Source: Candidatus Alistipes avicola
GTDB taxonomy: Bacteria > Bacteroidota > Bacteroidia > Bacteroidales > Rikenellaceae
DNA length: 64,000 bases
Assembly (NCBI GenBank): GCA_019118565.1
Contig: DWYR01000012.1
Location: forward strand, 13,323 to 77,322
Reading direction: 5' to 3'
Shown here: positions 61,662 to 64,000 of the stretch, piece after piece
Position numbering within the stretch: position 1 is the first letter of the stretch
How the letters are laid out: the number at the start of each line of letters is the position of its first letter
Translations under genes and position numbers: made by a program
Notes under the pieces: generated by a model
Told to the model about the DNA's origin: nothing
Databases searched by the model: none
Seen by the model: only the letters and a program-made list of their open reading frames with translations

Positions 61662-61669
61662 CAAATGTA
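61662..61669 (-). promoter_or_regulatory. -7 box TACATTTG (minus strand) for the Tyr leader / aromatic operon
   Basis: The plus strand reads CAAATGTA. A TTTG lies 19 nt upstream on the minus strand in the -33 position. The leader ATG is 28 nt downstream. Confidence 0.55.
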
Positions 61670-61773
61670 GCTATTTTTCACCAAATGTCAAAGAAAAATT
61701 TCGTTCTTTTCAAAACCCGAGCGATGTTTTTTCGAAAAAGCGCCGAAAGTCCCGGCGATTCTCCTAATTTTTG

Positions 61774-61781
61774 TAAATTTG
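61774..61781 (+). promoter_or_regulatory. -7 box TAAATTTG for aroB
   Basis: TAnnTTTG match 23 nt upstream of the GTG start at 61804. Confidence 0.5.
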
Positions 61782-61803
61782 CAACCACTAATCAACCAAT
61801 CAC

Positions 61804-62874
61804 GTGAACAAAATCCACATTCAGGAAGATCTGAGCGGTCTGCGGGCCGTCATCGGAGACAGAGGCGATGTCTTTGTCATCATCGACAAAAATCTGCGAG
61901 AGTTCTACCCCTATTTTGCGGGGTTCCAACTTATCGAACTCGAAACATCGGAGCGAAACAAGACCCTCGAAACCGTAGCCATGCTCGTCAACGAGCTGCT
62001 GGAGCGGGGTGCCGACCGGAATGCCCTTATCATCGGTGTCGGCGGAGGTATCACGACCGACATTGTCGGATTCACGGCCTCCGTCTACAAACGGGGTGTG
62101 AAGTTCGCCTTCGTTCCCACAACCCTGCTCTCCCAGGTCGATGCCTCGATCGGCGGCAAAAACGGCGTAAATTTCCACGCCTATAAGAATATGATCGGCA
62201 CCATCACGCAGCCTCAGTGGATCTATATGTGTCCGGAGGTCCTCCGAACGCTTCATCCGCGCGAACTTCGTGCCGGGACAGCCGAGGCGCTCAAGACATT
62301 CGTTCTGTTCGATCCGCACTGCTACCGGCTGGCAGTCGACTATTTCGCCGAGCTGGAGGAACAACTGCAAAAAAGCGGCAGCTATCTCCTCAACGGCAAG
62401 TTCTACGGTGAGGAGCGCCTCATGGAGTTGATCGGCTGCTGCGCCCGCTACAAATGCGAAGTGGTGGAACGGGACGAATTCGAAAAGGGCGAAAGACGCA
62501 TGCTGAACCTGGGACACACCTTTGCCCACGCGATCGAGAAGGTCTGCGTCTCGACCGGTATCATGCACGGCGAGGCGGTAGCCATCGGCATGGTTCTCGC
62601 CGCCAAGGTTGCCCTAAAGATGGGAATGACCGATTCGGATTTTGTCGAGGAACTGACCGCAGACCTGAAACGCACGGGACTTCCCGTCGAAATTCCCATC
62701 GACCCGCAAAGCAGCAAACCGACCGAAATGCGGATTCTGGTCGAAGCGCTGAAAAAAGACAAGAAAGTGGACGGAGACCACATCCACTCCATCCTGCCCT
62801 GCGCTTTGGGTGATGTGAAGGATGTCAACGTACCTTTAAATAAATTGGAGGAGATTGCCGGTGATTTGCGTTAG
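61804..62874 (+). CDS. aroB: 3-dehydroquinate synthase
   Basis: 356-aa ORF with a GTG start and motifs GVGGGITTD, VPTTLLSQVDASIGGKNG, and HTFAHAIE / HGEAVAIG metal ligands. Confidence 0.92.
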   Translation: MNKIHIQEDLSGLRAVIGDRGDVFVIIDKNLREFYPYFAGFQLIELETSERNKTLETVAMLVNELLERGADRNALIIGVGGGITTDIVGFTASVYKRGVKFAFVPTTLLSQVDASIGGKNGVNFHAYKNMIGTITQPQWIYMCPEVLRTLHPRELRAGTAEALKTFVLFDPHCYRLAVDYFAELEEQLQKSGSYLLNGKFYGEERLMELIGCCARYKCEVVERDEFEKGERRMLNLGHTFAHAIEKVCVSTGIMHGEAVAIGMVLAAKVALKMGMTDSDFVEELTADLKRTGLPVEIPIDPQSSKPTEMRILVEALKKDKKVDGDHIHSILPCALGDVKDVNVPLNKLEEIAGDLR

Positions 62875-64000
62875 TGTACAAGAGAAGACGTTGCAGGGCT
62901 GTCTGGCCGTGCTGAAGGACTCCCCGATGGCGGAGTTGCGGGCCGATCTGTGCCAGTTGTCTATTGGCGAACTGGAGCAGGCCGTAGCCTCCCATCCGAA
63001 CCTGCTGATCACCTGCCGGATCGCCAACTCCAGCGAATCGTTCGCCCGCGAACAGTTGACAGCGGCACTGCGCCGGGGAGCCCGCTACGTGGATGTGGAG
63101 ATCGAGGCTCCGGAGAGTTTTCTTGCGGAGATACGGGATTGCGCCCACACCAACGGCACCCGACTGATCGTCTCCTACCACGACTTCGACGGCACCCCCT
63201 CGCTCGAAGAGTTGCGCCGCACAGCCGCCCAGTGTCGGGAGAAAGGGGCGGACATCGTCAAGATCGTCACCACGGCCCATACCATCACCGATGCCGTACG
63301 GACCTTGAAACTGTATGAGACGGACGAGTGGAAAAATCCGGGAGCACCGGCGCTGGTCGCCTTCTCCATGGGTGATGCCGGACGGTTCAGCCGTTACCTC
63401 TGCCTCCATCTGGGGGCTCCCTATACCTATGTATCTTACGGATGCGGACAGACTACCGACCCGTCGCTCTGCGGCGCTCCGACCGCACCGGGACAATACA
63501 CCCTGCAGGAGATGATGCATCTGCTGCAACCGGGACCGTTCGAAGCACCCCACTCGCTGGAGATCTCTTCAGCGCTGATTCCCTGCTCGAAAAGCGTAGC
63601 GCAGCGGGCCATTCTGGGGGCGGCCTTCGCCTGCGGAGAGAGTACGCTGGAGAACTTCGAACCCTGCAACGACATCAACGGGGCGATCGAAGTAGCCCGG
63701 GGACTCGGATGCGATGTTACCGTTACCGAGAATGCGGGACAAAAAACCCGCAGCCTACACATCAAAAGCCCCGGGATCGAGCCCCTGAAGGAGCATCTAA
63801 AATCGAACGGCGACCTTTCGCTGCACGTAGGCGAATCGGGGCTGCTGACCCGCCTGCTCATTCCGCTGGCCGCCTATCTTTCGGGCGAGGGGCACACCTC
63901 GAATTCCAACCGGGAAGTTACCATCACCGGTCGCGGCAGCCTGTTGAACCGCGACCTGGAGAGTGCAGCCACCGCCGTAAGAAATGCCGGAGCGACCTGC
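62861..64000 (+). CDS. Apparent fusion of type I 3-dehydroquinate dehydratase (N-terminal ~225 aa) with 3-phosphoshikimate 1-carboxyvinyltransferase (EPSP synthase). Partial: the ORF continues beyond the window.
   Basis: The frame is open from 62840 to the window end. It is absent from the ORF track, presumably because it has no stop or ATG. Hand translation gives VICVSVQEKTL...LIVSYHDFDGTP...ADIVKIVTTA...FSMGDAGRFSR...APGQYTLQEM (AroD-like). It then continues LEISSALIPCSKSVAQRAILGAAFACGESTLENF...GESGLLTRLLIP (AroA N-terminus-like). The GTG at 62861 overlaps the aroB stop by 14 nt. Confidence 0.75.
   Translation, partial: MICVSVQEKTLQGCLAVLKDSPMAELRADLCQLSIGELEQAVASHPNLLITCRIANSSESFAREQLTAALRRGARYVDVEIEAPESFLAEIRDCAHTNGTRLIVSYHDFDGTPSLEELRRTAAQCREKGADIVKIVTTAHTITDAVRTLKLYETDEWKNPGAPALVAFSMGDAGRFSRYLCLHLGAPYTYVSYGCGQTTDPSLCGAPTAPGQYTLQEMMHLLQPGPFEAPHSLEISSALIPCSKSVAQRAILGAAFACGESTLENFEPCNDINGAIEVARGLGCDVTVTENAGQKTRSLHIKSPGIEPLKEHLKSNGDLSLHVGESGLLTRLLIPLAAYLSGEGHTSNSNREVTITGRGSLLNRDLESAATAVRNAGATC

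Overview
This window looks like a GC-rich Bacteroidota (Bacteroidales-like) chromosome segment made almost entirely of housekeeping genes. The taxon call is an inference from TAnnTTTG -7 promoter boxes, the absence of Shine-Dalgarno sequences, the rpmB-rpmG-DUF4295 arrangement and gene content. Reading left to right, the window contains: rplL(partial)-rplJ-rplA-rplK-nusG-secE-tRNA-Trp-tuf-tRNA Gly/Tyr/Thr (minus strand); two paralogous lipoprotein genes bracketed by a ~230-bp direct repeat; metY-metX-hom; a complete [FeFe]-hydrogenase set hydA-hydE-hydG-hydF; rpmE2; two FKBP isomerases; nhaA; an arginase-family gene; pdxB, pyrD, cinA; rpmB-rpmG-DUF4295; ftsY, rimO, zapA, rny; gcvT, gdhA; a P-type ATPase; rodA-mrdA-mreDCB; gpsA, pgi; a NarL-type two-component pair; surE, rplS; and an aromatic amino-acid cluster (aminotransferase, DAHP synthase/chorismate mutase, tyrA, divergent from aroB and an aroD-aroA fusion). 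No CRISPR array, transposase, integrase or defence genes were seen. The most interesting signals are non-coding. (1) A 33-codon leader ORF packed with Met codons, followed by an intrinsic terminator, sits directly upstream of metY-metX-hom. (2) A 28-codon Tyr-rich leader ORF sits upstream of the tyrA-containing operon, with a terminator and a near-identical competing antiterminator segment. Together these suggest ribosome-mediated attenuation that senses Met and Tyr. Other points are a 2.4-copy ~143-bp tandem repeat that re-duplicates the 3' end of rny, a candidate 6S-like RNA downstream of zapA, an in-frame TAG in one lipoprotein paralog, and two unusual domain fusions. All coordinates and structures were derived by eye, so none of the homology or folding claims has been computed.
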